From positions 1 to 58,609 of the IMG/VR virus record IMGVR_UViG_3300032280_000090: a stretch of 58,609 nt of DNA, one strand, 5' to 3'. The stretch is from a virus (Duplodnaviria; Caudoviricetes). A program made the position numbers and the translations under genes. Positions 33,801-44,111 of this stretch are shown one piece after another (the stretch's first letter is position 1; every line of letters begins with the position of its first letter). Below the pieces are notes generated by a model. It ran no database searches. It saw only the letters and a list, made by a program, of their open reading frames with translations, and was not told the origin of the DNA.

Positions 33801-36800
33801 CCTTTGATAAATTCATTCGGATCGTAGTTCCACATCTTCAGCAACTCAGGCTGATACTTCAGAATAAGATTTGCCTTATCCTTGGCTCCGGTGACGTTGA
33901 ACTCGTTCACTAGGAAGTGACCATCTTTACTGAATGACAAAGAAATCGGCTTGCTCTGGACGATTTTAGGCGAGAAAGGCTTGTATTTCCCCCCTGCCGT
34001 TAGCCGAGACATATACATTCCGATAGTTGGTGTTCCATCAGCACGATTAATAATATCCCTAGCCAGAGCTAGTTTGTTCTTAATTGAATATGGAACTATA
34101 TTCTCTGGTAGGGATAAAATCTCATTAAGTTGCTTTTCAGTCAACCTGCCACGGAAACTTAATCCGTCAGGCGTAAAGGGACGCATCGCCTCGGGGTTAT
34201 CTTGGTCAAACTTCAGAATAGAATCTCTAATCAGTTGCGACCTAGCTTGCATCAGTCCCTTATAGGCGTCTGGCTTGCGTTCTACTGGCTTTCCCTCACC
34301 ATCGTACACGATTTGCGAAACAATACGCATGGATCCACCAGTAGGGATAATCTGCGTAGTCAGTTCTTCGGGCATTTGCCCATATCCCTTAACACGAACA
34401 GGTGTATTCTCGCCGTCATCCGAGCCTCTCCATTCTCCTTCAGCAGCTTCTGGATTTGCGATCAAATGCGAATAAATTACATTTCCATCAGCATCCACAA
34501 CTTCAGCTACTTTCGTGGTCTTAAATTTTCCATCGTCTTTAGCAAACTCTTCAGCAATAGCACGATTGTTCTTAATATCTTTCGGCGTGATCTCAGGCGC
34601 AACATCCGATCCATCGTGAGGCGTAAGAACTCCGTTAAACTCGTTAAGGGCAATGTTGTTCCTGCGAACTTGCGCCATCATTTCAGGCGTGAAGGATGTC
34701 CCAGTAAGTGCTGAATAGTATGGGTCTTTAACTCCTGCGTATGCACCCTTGCGAATAACAGCGGCTAGTCGGTTATTCTCATGGTTCACCATTGCCCAAT
34801 CAATAATGTTCTGGACAGGCGAATTAAGCCTTTGCATCCCTTTTCCGCCAATTTGGTTTGCCCCCAATCCTGCGGAATTAGCTTCAGCAAGGATTTCACT
34901 TTGCATATACTTAGCAACCTTTACTGGATCGTAAGTTTTCGTTTGGTAGTCCCACATGTCGTTATTCTTTGCGAACTCGACTTTTTGTTCAGGAGTACGC
35001 TTAACTAGGTAATTGTTAAGAAACATATCCCCTAGCATTTCGTTAGAATATGCACCTTCCGTTCCGGGAACTACCTTGCCTTCGGGAGTATAAACCACTT
35101 TCCCGAATAGTTTTTCTCTTAGCGGTTGCGTCAGCTTTCGGTATTCGGTAAAGCCCTGTGCAATATGGTCAGCTTCGTGCGTAGCAACCCAAGCCAAAGG
35201 ACGGCCTGTTGCTTCTTGAATTTCTCGCAATTTATCCACATTCAGAACTGCGGTATCACGCATTGGATCGAAAATAAGAGCTTGTGCTTTTGGCCCTACC
35301 ATATCTCCGGTAGGCAGTTTTACCTGACCGCTGGCGGCATACCTAGCTCCAGCATTCTTTGCGTAAAACTCTGCCGTGGCTTTCTCCATTCCGGGATTCA
35401 CATCCATTAACTTTTGCGCTATTTCCTCCGTGGTCATTATCCGCAAATTGAAATTGCGTCCGGGAGCAAGTGGCCCATTAATGCGACGATCAGCACTAGA
35501 AAGCACCCCTAGCACTTGCCTTGTGTATTCTTGGCGAGTTGGCACGGATGCCCTTTGGTTCATCTCGTAGATGCCCTTTTGCGTAGTGACATCGTTCTGT
35601 GCCGCTTGCGCTTCTTCGGATTGTGGATCCTTTTGCGTTAGTTCATTAGCCCTAACTTGTGCTGCGTCCAGCTTGCGTTTTGAATCAGCAATTACTTCAT
35701 CCCATGAAGCAGCAGCATTAAGGTTAGCCCTGTCAGTTTCAGGCAACCTTTGCATAAGTTTGTAATTCTCGTAATCCTTCTGTTTGCGATACCTTTGTGC
35801 TTCGTAGGGGTTTTTACCCAATGCCCTATTGATTCCACCATGCGTATAGGAAAATATTGCGCCATTTGCCAAGGTTTCACCCATTTCCTGTGCGTCTTGA
35901 TCGTTGTAAATACCGAGCGCAATTCCAAGCGGAACCATTTCGGCTCCTGTGCGAATAAAATCTTTTAGGTTATTGCTAGTCCAGTTAATTACCGATTCAT
36001 TAACGAAAGGAATTTTGCGTGAGGGAATGTAACTTAAAGCCTTCGTTGCCACGGATGATTCTGGAGCTGCAATCGCTGTGGAGAACATATCTCCGGGTGC
36101 TCCAGCAAGCCTTCTATTAGCTTTCGCTAGGTCAGCTACAACTCTTGGGGCATAAAGCGTGGAAGCAAGGGTCATTCCTTTGAGAATTCCTCCTAGCCTG
36201 TCCTCGGGATTTGCTAAAGCTCCTACACCTGCCGCCCCAAGTTCCAAACTAGCAAGCGGTAGGTACTGGCGAACATAAGGACGATAAAACGATGGCACGT
36301 TCTCTAGGGCTTCTTCTAGTTTTTGACCACCTTTGCTTATGCTATCAGCAACAATAGTGGCGTATTTCTCAACAGCACCTTGTTCTGCTTTGGCTTCAGC
36401 TTTTCCAGCAAATGCCGCACCTTGTTTAGCCTCTTCCGCAGCATTAGCCGCAGCTTCAGCTTCAGGAGTAAGCGGATTAGCAATTTTAGCCCCTAGTTTG
36501 ATAACTTTACCAGCACCTTCAAAAGCCTTCATCGCCATAGAAAACTCATTACCAGCAGGAACAACCATTCCTGTAGCAAACAACTCGTTTTCAGTTGGTG
36601 CGGTTTTGTTTTGGTAAGCAATAGATTTATCAATGAAATCTTTCGCCAAGAATCCATCCTGTTCTTTTTTGTATTGAACCGCTTGTTCCCTGCTCCATTC
36701 TGGATGTTGCGCTAGGATTTGATCTGGTTGTGCCGATAGTTGCGAAATCATCGCCAGCAATGCCTTTTGCGTAACAGGACTAGATGCGTCGATAGCTCTT

Positions 36801-37621
36801 GCGGCTACGTCAGGGTTTTCCTCATCGTACTGAGCATTGTGCGTATTAAAATACTCTCTATTACGGAAACCTTCTTTTGCTTCTTCTTCAGTTTTTAGTC
36901 CCAAAGCAATTAAGGCTCTATCGGCGGTTGTTTGACCATTCTCGACTAGGTTTTTACCCTGCCTCCAAAACCCTTCAAATGTATTAGCTACTGACTCTGG
37001 AAATGCCTTGATTGCACGAATAGCTTTCTCCTCACCTCCGGGAGCTGCAGTCATATTTGCAGGATTTACAGAACCTAAATCGCTAATGATTTCCCCTGCT
37101 CCCGATATAAGGCCACCGACCATTCCGGGAGTGCTTCCTACTGCCGATTCGATTGCCTTAGAAGCGGCATCGTCTAGGGTTTGATTCTTGCGATGCTCGT
37201 ACAGATAGTTAATCTGTTCAGGTGTTTTCTCAAACCATTGTGGAAATTTCTTGATCTCTTCTGGATCAGTTTCTTCTTTGGCAACATTGGCAAGTTCCTC
37301 GCTGACATTTTTGAAACCTGCTTGCTGAAGCGTTTCGCCAATGGTAGGCAGCTTGGCGCCACCGACTTCCGGCAAGTTTTTCTTAGCAGATTGGATCAAC
37401 TGATCCATCGCTGCTAGGTCAGGATTATTCTGTTCCGTTACTGATATTGTAGGAGTTGCCTTGGATTCGGTTGCTCCTGTTCCTCCCATTGCTTTGCTTG
37501 CTGAAGAAAGCAACTGATCCATGTAAGCTAGATCATCGTCTTTTTTTGGGTTTTCAATTCCTAGAGCCATCGGAGGATTATTGCGGAACAACTTCGATTT
37601 GTCCAACATCTCCTCCACCAA
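30896..37621 (-). CDS. Giant internal virion/ejection protein (polyvalent type) with an ART-like domain
   Basis: 2241 aa (likely start ~37570); last gene of the internal-virion block; YVYHLT..GIRP..GEGVY..GEV ART-like motif; GFYSQL...GVKPEEIKW module. Confidence 0.7.
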   Translation of the reverse strand: MVEEMLDKSKLFRNNPPMALGIENPKKDDDLAYMDQLLSSASKAMGGTGATESKATPTISVTEQNNPDLAAMDQLIQSAKKNLPEVGGAKLPTIGETLQQAGFKNVSEELANVAKEETDPEEIKKFPQWFEKTPEQINYLYEHRKNQTLDDAASKAIESAVGSTPGMVGGLISGAGEIISDLGSVNPANMTAAPGGEEKAIRAIKAFPESVANTFEGFWRQGKNLVENGQTTADRALIALGLKTEEEAKEGFRNREYFNTHNAQYDEENPDVAARAIDASSPVTQKALLAMISQLSAQPDQILAQHPEWSREQAVQYKKEQDGFLAKDFIDKSIAYQNKTAPTENELFATGMVVPAGNEFSMAMKAFEGAGKVIKLGAKIANPLTPEAEAAANAAEEAKQGAAFAGKAEAKAEQGAVEKYATIVADSISKGGQKLEEALENVPSFYRPYVRQYLPLASLELGAAGVGALANPEDRLGGILKGMTLASTLYAPRVVADLAKANRRLAGAPGDMFSTAIAAPESSVATKALSYIPSRKIPFVNESVINWTSNNLKDFIRTGAEMVPLGIALGIYNDQDAQEMGETLANGAIFSYTHGGINRALGKNPYEAQRYRKQKDYENYKLMQRLPETDRANLNAAASWDEVIADSKRKLDAAQVRANELTQKDPQSEEAQAAQNDVTTQKGIYEMNQRASVPTRQEYTRQVLGVLSSADRRINGPLAPGRNFNLRIMTTEEIAQKLMDVNPGMEKATAEFYAKNAGARYAASGQVKLPTGDMVGPKAQALIFDPMRDTAVLNVDKLREIQEATGRPLAWVATHEADHIAQGFTEYRKLTQPLREKLFGKVVYTPEGKVVPGTEGAYSNEMLGDMFLNNYLVKRTPEQKVEFAKNNDMWDYQTKTYDPVKVAKYMQSEILAEANSAGLGANQIGGKGMQRLNSPVQNIIDWAMVNHENNRLAAVIRKGAYAGVKDPYYSALTGTSFTPEMMAQVRRNNIALNEFNGVLTPHDGSDVAPEITPKDIKNNRAIAEEFAKDDGKFKTTKVAEVVDADGNVIYSHLIANPEAAEGEWRGSDDGENTPVRVKGYGQMPEELTTQIIPTGGSMRIVSQIVYDGEGKPVERKPDAYKGLMQARSQLIRDSILKFDQDNPEAMRPFTPDGLSFRGRLTEKQLNEILSLPENIVPYSIKNKLALARDIINRADGTPTIGMYMSRLTAGGKYKPFSPKIVQSKPISLSFSKDGHFLVNEFNVTGAKDKANLILKYQPELLKMWNYDPNEFIKGLSKYMENWQNDPAEMDALSEQAAQARHRNLDTDFNKAMQMRYIYDAFLNVKPPQTEARPKNFNPVVISLPKVPRSKMSKEEKADAKSSDPMSLIRSRRLDAYSHYEQSNGQKYPFEYGKSIFNAVPEAIIDPELTQEGMPTQMGEESVPKISSDLLRGANAIQGKDAMTMGSAFTSSGEKQIFGTTDPYVYHLTDANPRDFIKEGIRPSEEGYSGEGVYMGNTPKNTEYYSSLDSGNLFRINKQKLVDLFGRYPENENGIQFDDGTGEVLLQGRGNVPPNLLEYKGKDGKWKPLVSDAKTSEPYTPIGELQPMQAQFTPDYTSTYPTSEKGFYSQLQKTIDEKMPNKASVQQIMAIVDPTKGSGVKPEEIKWSNLEGFLEGKDSVTKQEVSDYLKNEGQIQFEEKYLAVEKNKTEEEIINEYTPEYIREQLQNWREVEMAPNDSFDDELKNPKADKKQLLKLAKDYADSLDMTLGEFFDTTDAQNTPNARPTAIGDPKYGTYVTPDGQNYREVVMTMPSFESKIKRLKELQNLPRTEENIAEFNRLSKETKPPKRTSEYTDSHFPDIPNYVAHMRLNERKDVAGDNLLHSEEYQSGRHQKGRKQGYQGDQNIKLTDPIATKTNWGWVVSSKEYPAGIEAYGKNAEEAIKYAQGNLTGKEVADAPFRKDWGLQLFKRQLQMAIEQGKDGVSWTDGATQAARYRLSTQIDALRYSKQEDGTYKIKYIGKGDGSAWRTLGASIPEADLAANVGKEVAEKIVNGEGEKDTFSGAKDLRGTKLEIGGEGMKKFYDQMLPKEIGKYVEKKFKGKVEQSEIVTGERYADPLHDIPQEAQDRIFNQVEKQLEREGIFEDDENVDQDEYRDLFMERQRDLSEEWARVHSKGTKTYKIWKVKITPEMREAIQTGGQPQFTPEAATPQPSATSATQTLENVRLLTNSFNAGDGGILKNIKLIVPDNKKKLPLQELMMK

Positions 37622-39458
37622 AACCTTCTTTTACATTTCTGTCTTGTAATGCTTTTGCTCCAAGCAGAAGGCTATCCGTATCAGCTTCTTCTGCAATTCT
37701 ATCATGAAAGATTTGAGCCCTTCTTTTAATTCCTTCAATCTTCTTGTTAATAATTTCTGCATCTTCGAGGCTTGCGGTAGCTTTTTCTGTAATTAGTTTG
37801 GCAATTTCTTTTTTGCCATCCTCCATTCTTTTATACGCATCGGATTTAAGCATCACTTCATCTTGAGGAGTGTGACCACCAACAAAATAATAAACGCCAG
37901 CCTTTTCAGCAGGAATTCCAGAAGTTGAAAGCCTGTCCCTTGTTGCTGTAACTACTTTATTTGCGTTATCAGCTCCGTAGTTGAAGGTTTCCGTAAATGT
38001 CCTAACCATTTGCTGTTTGATTGGCTCTGGAAGGAATCCGCCGCCAAATGCCTTACCCTTGAACTTTGTTACGTATTTATCTTTCAGCGACATTGCGTTC
38101 TCAATCAACTGAGTCTGACCGACTGTGATTTTACCTCCCGACATTGCCCTTCCGAGCAAGTCAACCATATCTACTTCAGCTTGTCCTGCGGCTTCAGGAT
38201 GTTTGTTAGAGTTTTCGTAAGCGGCTATGAAAGGCATCATCAGTTCTTTCGTTCCACCTTGCCTCAAGAAATTAGAAACAGGCTTTTGCAAGCCAAAGGC
38301 TTTTGATTCACGGAGGATTGTATTCTCCATTCTGTTTTGCTCGGTGGATTTAGCAGTCGCTTCACGTAGTTTTTGAGCTTCTTCCCTTGTTTTTTGCGCC
38401 TCTTCCCTAGTCGCACGCAAATTCGGATCGTTTTGTTTCCAAGGAATAACAAATACCCCTTGCTTATTAGGCTCTGGAGTTCCAGCGGCATACCAATTTG
38501 GGTTATCTGCTTGTGTCTCCATGTATTTGCGTGCTTCCTCGTAAGTTTTAAATCCAGAACGAGGAACCGAGTATTTAGTAACAGGCGGTTGCGCAGGGAT
38601 AGGAGCAACCTCCTCTAGTGGCATGGTAGCCAATTCTTGTTCTATGTTTGCAAGTCCAGTAGGCGAAATGCCTCCTAGCGTTTTAATACTAGCAGGAGGT
38701 TTTGCGTTTGCGAAAACGGACATGGTTTGAGGAATGCTCGTTTCCATAGGGTTTCCTGCGCCAAGGCTTGCCCTTATGCTTGACCAATCGACATTGGCTA
38801 GGGAATTCAGCGCATTGCTTCCAATCGGCGTTGGTGCGGCTTCTAGCGGCATCGGGGCAGTTAGGTCGCCCAAGATCCTATCCGTTTTCATCAAACTCGG
38901 ATCTTCTTCTGGCGCTTCGGGAAGATTAATGCTATCAAAAGAAAACCCACCAACAGGAGGAGTGTCACGTTGGTATCTCTCTTGCGTTGGTAGGGCTGAA
39001 GGGGTAGGTGCAATTTGTTTAGGAGCCTCATCCGAACTGCTTGTAGTTGTAGCTGAAGAAGATCCACCGCCCCACTCTTCAGGAACCACCTCTTTAATTC
39101 TTTCTTGAGAAATTCGCTCCATTTCTTTGTTATGCCGCTGCGTCTCCATCATACTAATTTGCTTCTCTTCCTTTGAAGCCTTTAGCTTAATCATATCCCT
39201 TGCCAACTCTCTTTGGTCTTTTAGGTCTTGAAGTTTCTGATCCCTATCGGACTTAATTGCAGACAACAATCCAGTAGATATATCCTTAACGCCAGAAGCT
39301 ATTCCCTGTGCCACAAGTTCTGGCTTTGAGCTTGCTACCTGCAATGGTGTGAGAGGCCTGATTTGCGTCATATCCAGACCACCTAGCGAAACAGGCTGAA
39401 CATTAGCTAACGCAGAAAATGGTTGGAATGTAAAAGCCATAAAATTAGTTGCCGCCAA
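37578..39458 (-). CDS. Putative internal virion (ejection) protein
   Basis: 626 aa, helical and Pro-rich; position in the block; likely start 39440. Confidence 0.55.
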   Translation of the reverse strand: MAATNFMAFTFQPFSALANVQPVSLGGLDMTQIRPLTPLQVASSKPELVAQGIASGVKDISTGLLSAIKSDRDQKLQDLKDQRELARDMIKLKASKEEKQISMMETQRHNKEMERISQERIKEVVPEEWGGGSSSATTTSSSDEAPKQIAPTPSALPTQERYQRDTPPVGGFSFDSINLPEAPEEDPSLMKTDRILGDLTAPMPLEAAPTPIGSNALNSLANVDWSSIRASLGAGNPMETSIPQTMSVFANAKPPASIKTLGGISPTGLANIEQELATMPLEEVAPIPAQPPVTKYSVPRSGFKTYEEARKYMETQADNPNWYAAGTPEPNKQGVFVIPWKQNDPNLRATREEAQKTREEAQKLREATAKSTEQNRMENTILRESKAFGLQKPVSNFLRQGGTKELMMPFIAAYENSNKHPEAAGQAEVDMVDLLGRAMSGGKITVGQTQLIENAMSLKDKYVTKFKGKAFGGGFLPEPIKQQMVRTFTETFNYGADNANKVVTATRDRLSTSGIPAEKAGVYYFVGGHTPQDEVMLKSDAYKRMEDGKKEIAKLITEKATASLEDAEIINKKIEGIKRRAQIFHDRIAEEADTDSLLLGAKALQDRNVKEGFGGGDVGQIEVVPQ

Positions 39459-41352
39459 ATTGTAATCCTTCTATCTTTGGAAGCAAGGAAGAAGCATTAA
39501 GTGAATTTGCTACTGGAGCTATTGGCGTTGGGGCTGGCCTTGCAAAAGATGGTATTTTTAATGCTTGAGGGGTTGGGGCAGATTGCTCAAGAGCCTTTTC
39601 CGCAAACCCTCCCGCATAACCTAAAGGATTTCCGCCTGTAAATTTTGTCTTATCAAGCATTTCGGCATCGGCCAGCTTTTGATTGGCCTCCATATTTTTA
39701 AGTTGCTTTCTCCCCAAATTACTATTGCCTTCCGCAGCCCTCAATGCCGCTTCTATTTGAGAATCGTAATCAAATTGTTGTGAAGCACGCAGCCTAGACG
39801 CTTCTGCTTCTCTAGCATCAGCTAATTTTTTAGCTTCAATTTCAGCATTTGTTTTATTTTGTTGATCTAGTATGTTTTGAGATTGTTTCTTTATGGCATC
39901 AATCTCCTCCGCCCCTCTTTTTTTTAGCTCTTCAAACGCTAGGGCGTCTTTCTCTCTTTGTGCGGCGGATATCTTTTCCTCTCTATTTTCATCCAGCGTA
40001 AGCTGTTCAGACATTTTCTTATCCAAGTTCTCCTGAGTGATGGGAGTTAATGGAGTAATCGGGGCTATATCGTTTTGAAATACCGATAGGTCACTTCCAA
40101 CTTGGTTGTCGATTGTGTATTCCGGCCTATCAGTTTGTGATGCAACTCCTGCGTATACGCTTTTTATCAAATAATTCGCTATTATATCTTGAACTTCTTT
40201 TGCTTGCTTTGCCAAGTCTGCATTAATAACAGAAGCATTCGTAATTGCTGATTGTGCCGTATTGTAATTTACAATTGGCGTGATATTCTTGGCGGTGTCC
40301 AGAGACCTTACGTTTGAATCTCCACTTGCAACACTGATCTGAGGGCCATTCTGTGAACTGGTTACATAATATACGTCTCCGCTAGTTGATGGTATCATTG
40401 ATAATGAACCACCAAATTTTGTTTCGCCAACATCATTAGGTTTCAACGCATAGTTTACTTTTCCTCCAGCACCTCCGCTTCCCCATATATATGGGTCATA
40501 ATATGGTGTTCTCGTTGGCTCAAACGATTTATCTTGCTGCCCTGATGATAGGTAGTCCTCTACGTCATGTCTCGACTGAGTGAGGTTAGATTCAATAACC
40601 TGCCAAGGTTCTCTTTTGTCGAGTGCGCCAGAAGTGCGTTCTAAAAAATCTAATGGTCTTTCTTTTGTTCCTGCGCCTAGAAGTTGTGCAAGTGGATCTA
40701 AATTAAATTTAAGCTCTGCATCTGGATTTTTAACCCATTCCGGTCTGGCATAATTCTGTCCGTTATATGTTGTTACTTTATCTGTCCGTGTGTAATTCTT
40801 GTCTTGAAAATCACGCAGCAAATTGTTTACTGTCCCAAGATATTTGGTTGCAAAAGTTTGTTTATTTGGGTCTGCATGAACTAAACCGGCTTCTTCGTCA
40901 CTATCTATATTTTGCACCAAGGCTTCCCACTCTTCATCATTTCTTTTTTGTAATTCTTGAGTTACTTGATTTGCAAAAGAATTGGAGTAACTATTGTTTA
41001 ACCCAACTCCAGTGCTAGTATAAGCTAGTTGTTTAAGTATGTCAGATGGGGTTTGGTTTCTGCCATAATTGTCGTATTTCCATAAATCATTATAGCTTTT
41101 GATCTCAGACTTTCCTATTTTGGTTGGAGAAGCCGAATACATATCCTGCCAAACCCCAAGCGGTACAGAATTAACTAATCCTGATATACTTTTGCCTTTT
41201 TGATTTAATTCTTCCTTAGATATTTTTCCACTTAATGCGTCTTGTAATGTTTTTAGGTTTTGAGAGATTACAGGATCTTTTAACGCAAGATAACTATAAT
41301 ATAGATTTTTAGAATCTATATTTGTAACATTTTCTGGATTTGGATAGATCAT
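39445..41352 (-). CDS. Putative internal virion protein
   Basis: 635 aa; C-terminus GLQFGGN resembles DLKFGGL of the neighbouring gene. Confidence 0.55.
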   Translation of the reverse strand: MIYPNPENVTNIDSKNLYYSYLALKDPVISQNLKTLQDALSGKISKEELNQKGKSISGLVNSVPLGVWQDMYSASPTKIGKSEIKSYNDLWKYDNYGRNQTPSDILKQLAYTSTGVGLNNSYSNSFANQVTQELQKRNDEEWEALVQNIDSDEEAGLVHADPNKQTFATKYLGTVNNLLRDFQDKNYTRTDKVTTYNGQNYARPEWVKNPDAELKFNLDPLAQLLGAGTKERPLDFLERTSGALDKREPWQVIESNLTQSRHDVEDYLSSGQQDKSFEPTRTPYYDPYIWGSGGAGGKVNYALKPNDVGETKFGGSLSMIPSTSGDVYYVTSSQNGPQISVASGDSNVRSLDTAKNITPIVNYNTAQSAITNASVINADLAKQAKEVQDIIANYLIKSVYAGVASQTDRPEYTIDNQVGSDLSVFQNDIAPITPLTPITQENLDKKMSEQLTLDENREEKISAAQREKDALAFEELKKRGAEEIDAIKKQSQNILDQQNKTNAEIEAKKLADAREAEASRLRASQQFDYDSQIEAALRAAEGNSNLGRKQLKNMEANQKLADAEMLDKTKFTGGNPLGYAGGFAEKALEQSAPTPQALKIPSFARPAPTPIAPVANSLNASSLLPKIEGLQFGGN

Positions 41353-41374
41353 GCGTATTTATCCCACGCAAAAA

Positions 41375-42115
41375 CTACAATCCACCGAACTTCAAGTCAT
41401 CCACTTTAGGTGATGTGAATTGTTGCTGAGTGTTCCCAAATTGGTTTAGATAATTCTGTTGTGATGCGGCTGATTTCATTGCAGGATTCTTCTGTTGCAT
41501 AGCTAGGTTGTATGCAGTTGGAGCCATTTGAGATGATACTCCACGCAGATTCTGTAGCTTTTGCTGTTCGGCTTGGTTTACATCAAACGCAGGAGCCGTA
41601 TAGCTTTTACCTTTATTTGCTGATTCTTTAGCATATTGGTTTGCTGAAGAAGCATCCATTGCCCTCTGCATTGCATCTGCCGAATACATTTGCTGGTATG
41701 CTGCTTGTTCAGCTTGCGTTGCCATCTGACTAGCTTGAGTAGTTGCCGATTGGTATGCAGCTTGGTCTTGAGCGAGCTTTGTAGCCGCAGCACGATCCGC
41801 AGCAGCTTGGATCTCACGCTCCTGTTGCTTAGTTGCGTAGTCCTGAGTTAATTGCGCTTGTTTAGTCGTAAATTGATCTTGGAAGTTTCTTTGCAGTTCC
41901 GCTTGCGCTGATTCAAAAGCACGCTGTTGCTCTGCTGCCCACTTGTTGTATTCAAGTTGGGCTGCTGCTTGTGCTTTGCTGTATTCTAAAGCCTTTGTTT
42001 GATAAGCAAGATTCGCCATGCCCATTGCAGAATTCTGAGCGTTGATAGCCGCAATAAGGCTTGCTGTATTATCTTGCCGTTGTGGCGCAGGTGTGCTAGA
42101 AGAACTTCCTCCCAT
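41375..42115 (-). CDS. Putative ejection/pilot protein
   Basis: MGGSSS start, Q/A-rich coiled coil. Confidence 0.6.
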   Translation of the reverse strand: MGGSSSSTPAPQRQDNTASLIAAINAQNSAMGMANLAYQTKALEYSKAQAAAQLEYNKWAAEQQRAFESAQAELQRNFQDQFTTKQAQLTQDYATKQQEREIQAAADRAAATKLAQDQAAYQSATTQASQMATQAEQAAYQQMYSADAMQRAMDASSANQYAKESANKGKSYTAPAFDVNQAEQQKLQNLRGVSSQMAPTAYNLAMQQKNPAMKSAASQQNYLNQFGNTQQQFTSPKVDDLKFGGL

Positions 42116-42146
42116 AGTAGTAGTGTGTTAGGTGTTAGTTTTTTGG

Positions 42147-43478
42147 TTAATAATATCTTTTGGGGTACATTTGGTTGAACGCTGCTGGCGCAAATGCACC
42201 GACTGCCATGCCACCTATAGGGCCAGCTAATGCTGTTCCAGCCATAGTTCCAGCCGCTCCAATAAGCGCACCAGTAGTTGCGTTTTGGTTAGCGGCATTT
42301 TGCGCTGATATTTGCGATAGTGTATTTTGATAATCACGCCATTCTTGGCGATTAGCCTGATTCAAAGATAGTGCTCCTCCCATAGACTTGTTAATAAAGT
42401 CGGACATGGTTTGGAAATTTCCTGCCTGTTGTCCTGACAACGCATTGATGTTCCCCATTTGGGTTTGACCAAGGGAATTTAATGATCCTGTTAGGTCATC
42501 ACGCAACCTATTAGCTCCAGCAAATTGCATATTTCCAAAATTGGACATATTCTGAGCCTGTTGCGCCGAAAGACCCATGAGGTTTTGATTCTGCATCTGG
42601 CCTAACTCAGCAACATTAGCCATTCCAACCCTTCCGACATTTTCGCCAAGACCCCTAGCGGCCTGTAAGATGCCCTGTTGCCATTGGTTCATCCTATTAA
42701 GATTCTGACTCTCAACCTGCTGTTGCTGTCCAATAAGAGCCTGTGGGTCAATCGTTGCAATCTGAGGGGTTTGTTTTACGAACTGATCCCGAAGGGCCAT
42801 ATTTTCCATGTCCCTCTTACGCTTCTGCTCCAAGGATTGATCGGCAAATGCAGCTTCTCCAATTGAGCCAGCACCAAGACCAGATTGCATATTCCTAACG
42901 ATTCCAGAACGGATGAGTTGGTTCATCCATTCTTTGTCATATTCCTTTCCCGTAAGTTTTTCTACATCTGCACCCAAGGTTTGACGCATTTTAGCGGCTT
43001 CAGGATTAAGGATCTCCTCAGCTTCACGTTGCCTTTGAACATTACCAATGGAAAACTTTTTAGACTCCTCTGCGGCTTTGTTAGCGTCAAAACGCTCCAT
43101 TGTAGGAGCAAACTGAGCCTCCCTAAGAAGTTGCTGGTTTTGAAGGTCTAAAAGACTTGATTGAACTGCGTCTCTAGTCTTGAGTTGGCCTGTTTGAATG
43201 GCTCCCTGCGTGTCTAAAAAGCCTAGTTGACCTTTTGCTAGGCTTTGCAAGTAACCTGTCTCAATCTCTTTCTGCGTCCTTTGATTAGCAATCTGAGAGT
43301 CGCTGTATGCTTTAAGCAAATCAGTTTCAATGCCGCCTCTGCCTTTCAGAAATGCTAAATCACTACTTAGCTTTTGTTGGAAAAGATTACTTCCAGCATT
43401 CAGTTGCGCCGTCAGAATATCATAAGCTGATTGATTTCCATCAGGCGCAGAAGGAGTTGTTGTAGGTGAGCTTCCCAT
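42147..43478 (-). CDS. Putative ejection/pilot protein
   Basis: MGSSP start, Q/N-rich, C-terminal Gly/Ala hydrophobic segment. Confidence 0.6.
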   Translation of the reverse strand: MGSSPTTTPSAPDGNQSAYDILTAQLNAGSNLFQQKLSSDLAFLKGRGGIETDLLKAYSDSQIANQRTQKEIETGYLQSLAKGQLGFLDTQGAIQTGQLKTRDAVQSSLLDLQNQQLLREAQFAPTMERFDANKAAEESKKFSIGNVQRQREAEEILNPEAAKMRQTLGADVEKLTGKEYDKEWMNQLIRSGIVRNMQSGLGAGSIGEAAFADQSLEQKRKRDMENMALRDQFVKQTPQIATIDPQALIGQQQQVESQNLNRMNQWQQGILQAARGLGENVGRVGMANVAELGQMQNQNLMGLSAQQAQNMSNFGNMQFAGANRLRDDLTGSLNSLGQTQMGNINALSGQQAGNFQTMSDFINKSMGGALSLNQANRQEWRDYQNTLSQISAQNAANQNATTGALIGAAGTMAGTALAGPIGGMAVGAFAPAAFNQMYPKRYY

Positions 43479-43481
43479 AAA

Positions 43482-43859
43482 TTATGCAGGATAGTATAAT
43501 TCTCTGTTTAGTTTTACAAGTCCTAGTTTTTCCATTGTTTTGTCTGGAAAATTAGGACGCAATTCGTTTGTTGGAACTCCAATATATCCAAGTGTTCCGT
43601 TAAATTCAGAATAGTGCCGCCAATCGTTCATAACCTGAATTATATCTCTTGGTCTTGTAAACTCAGGGTGAAAAGCAGGATAAACTACAGGAAATGAGCA
43701 ATGGTCGCTATAACCAAACAATTCACCATTCCTTGTGTGAGCAAAAACATTTATGGATGGATGTTCGATAATGGTGTGGTCAAAAGATTTAGCAAATTGT
43801 TGTATTTTGCTAAATGCCTCAGTGTTTCTAGGAACGTATGTGTATTTGTATTTGTCCAT
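43482..43859 (-). CDS. Hypothetical protein (tail/ejection junction)
   Basis: 125-aa ORF between the stabilisation and pilot genes. Confidence 0.6.
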   Translation of the reverse strand: MDKYKYTYVPRNTEAFSKIQQFAKSFDHTIIEHPSINVFAHTRNGELFGYSDHCSFPVVYPAFHPEFTRPRDIIQVMNDWRHYSEFNGTLGYIGVPTNELRPNFPDKTMEKLGLVKLNRELYYPA

Positions 43860-43863
43860 TGTA

Positions 43864-44109
43864 TTAAATTATTGTTGTTACGACACCTGTTTTATTATTG
43901 GTTTCATAACCAATTGATTGCGTTGTATTGATTTCGCTTCTTGTTCTAGAATTGCCACAAATAACACAAGGAAGGCAATTGGAATTTGTGGGAGTGTTGT
44001 AAATTGGAATACTGGAATAAAGAGGAATAACCCCATCATTTCCGTATGGGCTGATATACTTGTTCGGAAACTCTGTAATTGGCGTTGCCGCTGTTAGAAT
44101 AGAAGGCAT
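43864..44109 (-). CDS. Small Cys-containing putative virion protein
   Basis: 81 aa, CLPCVICG. Confidence 0.6.
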   Translation of the reverse strand: MPSILTAATPITEFPNKYISPYGNDGVIPLYSSIPIYNTPTNSNCLPCVICGNSRTRSEINTTQSIGYETNNKTGVVTTII

Positions 44110-44111
44110 AT

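Noticed and set aside
41375-43478. MGxxxS/T N-myristoylation motifs, as in NCLDV virion proteins
   Set aside because: No N-myristoyltransferase is recognisable, and MG-S/T-rich starts are common in podophage pilot proteins
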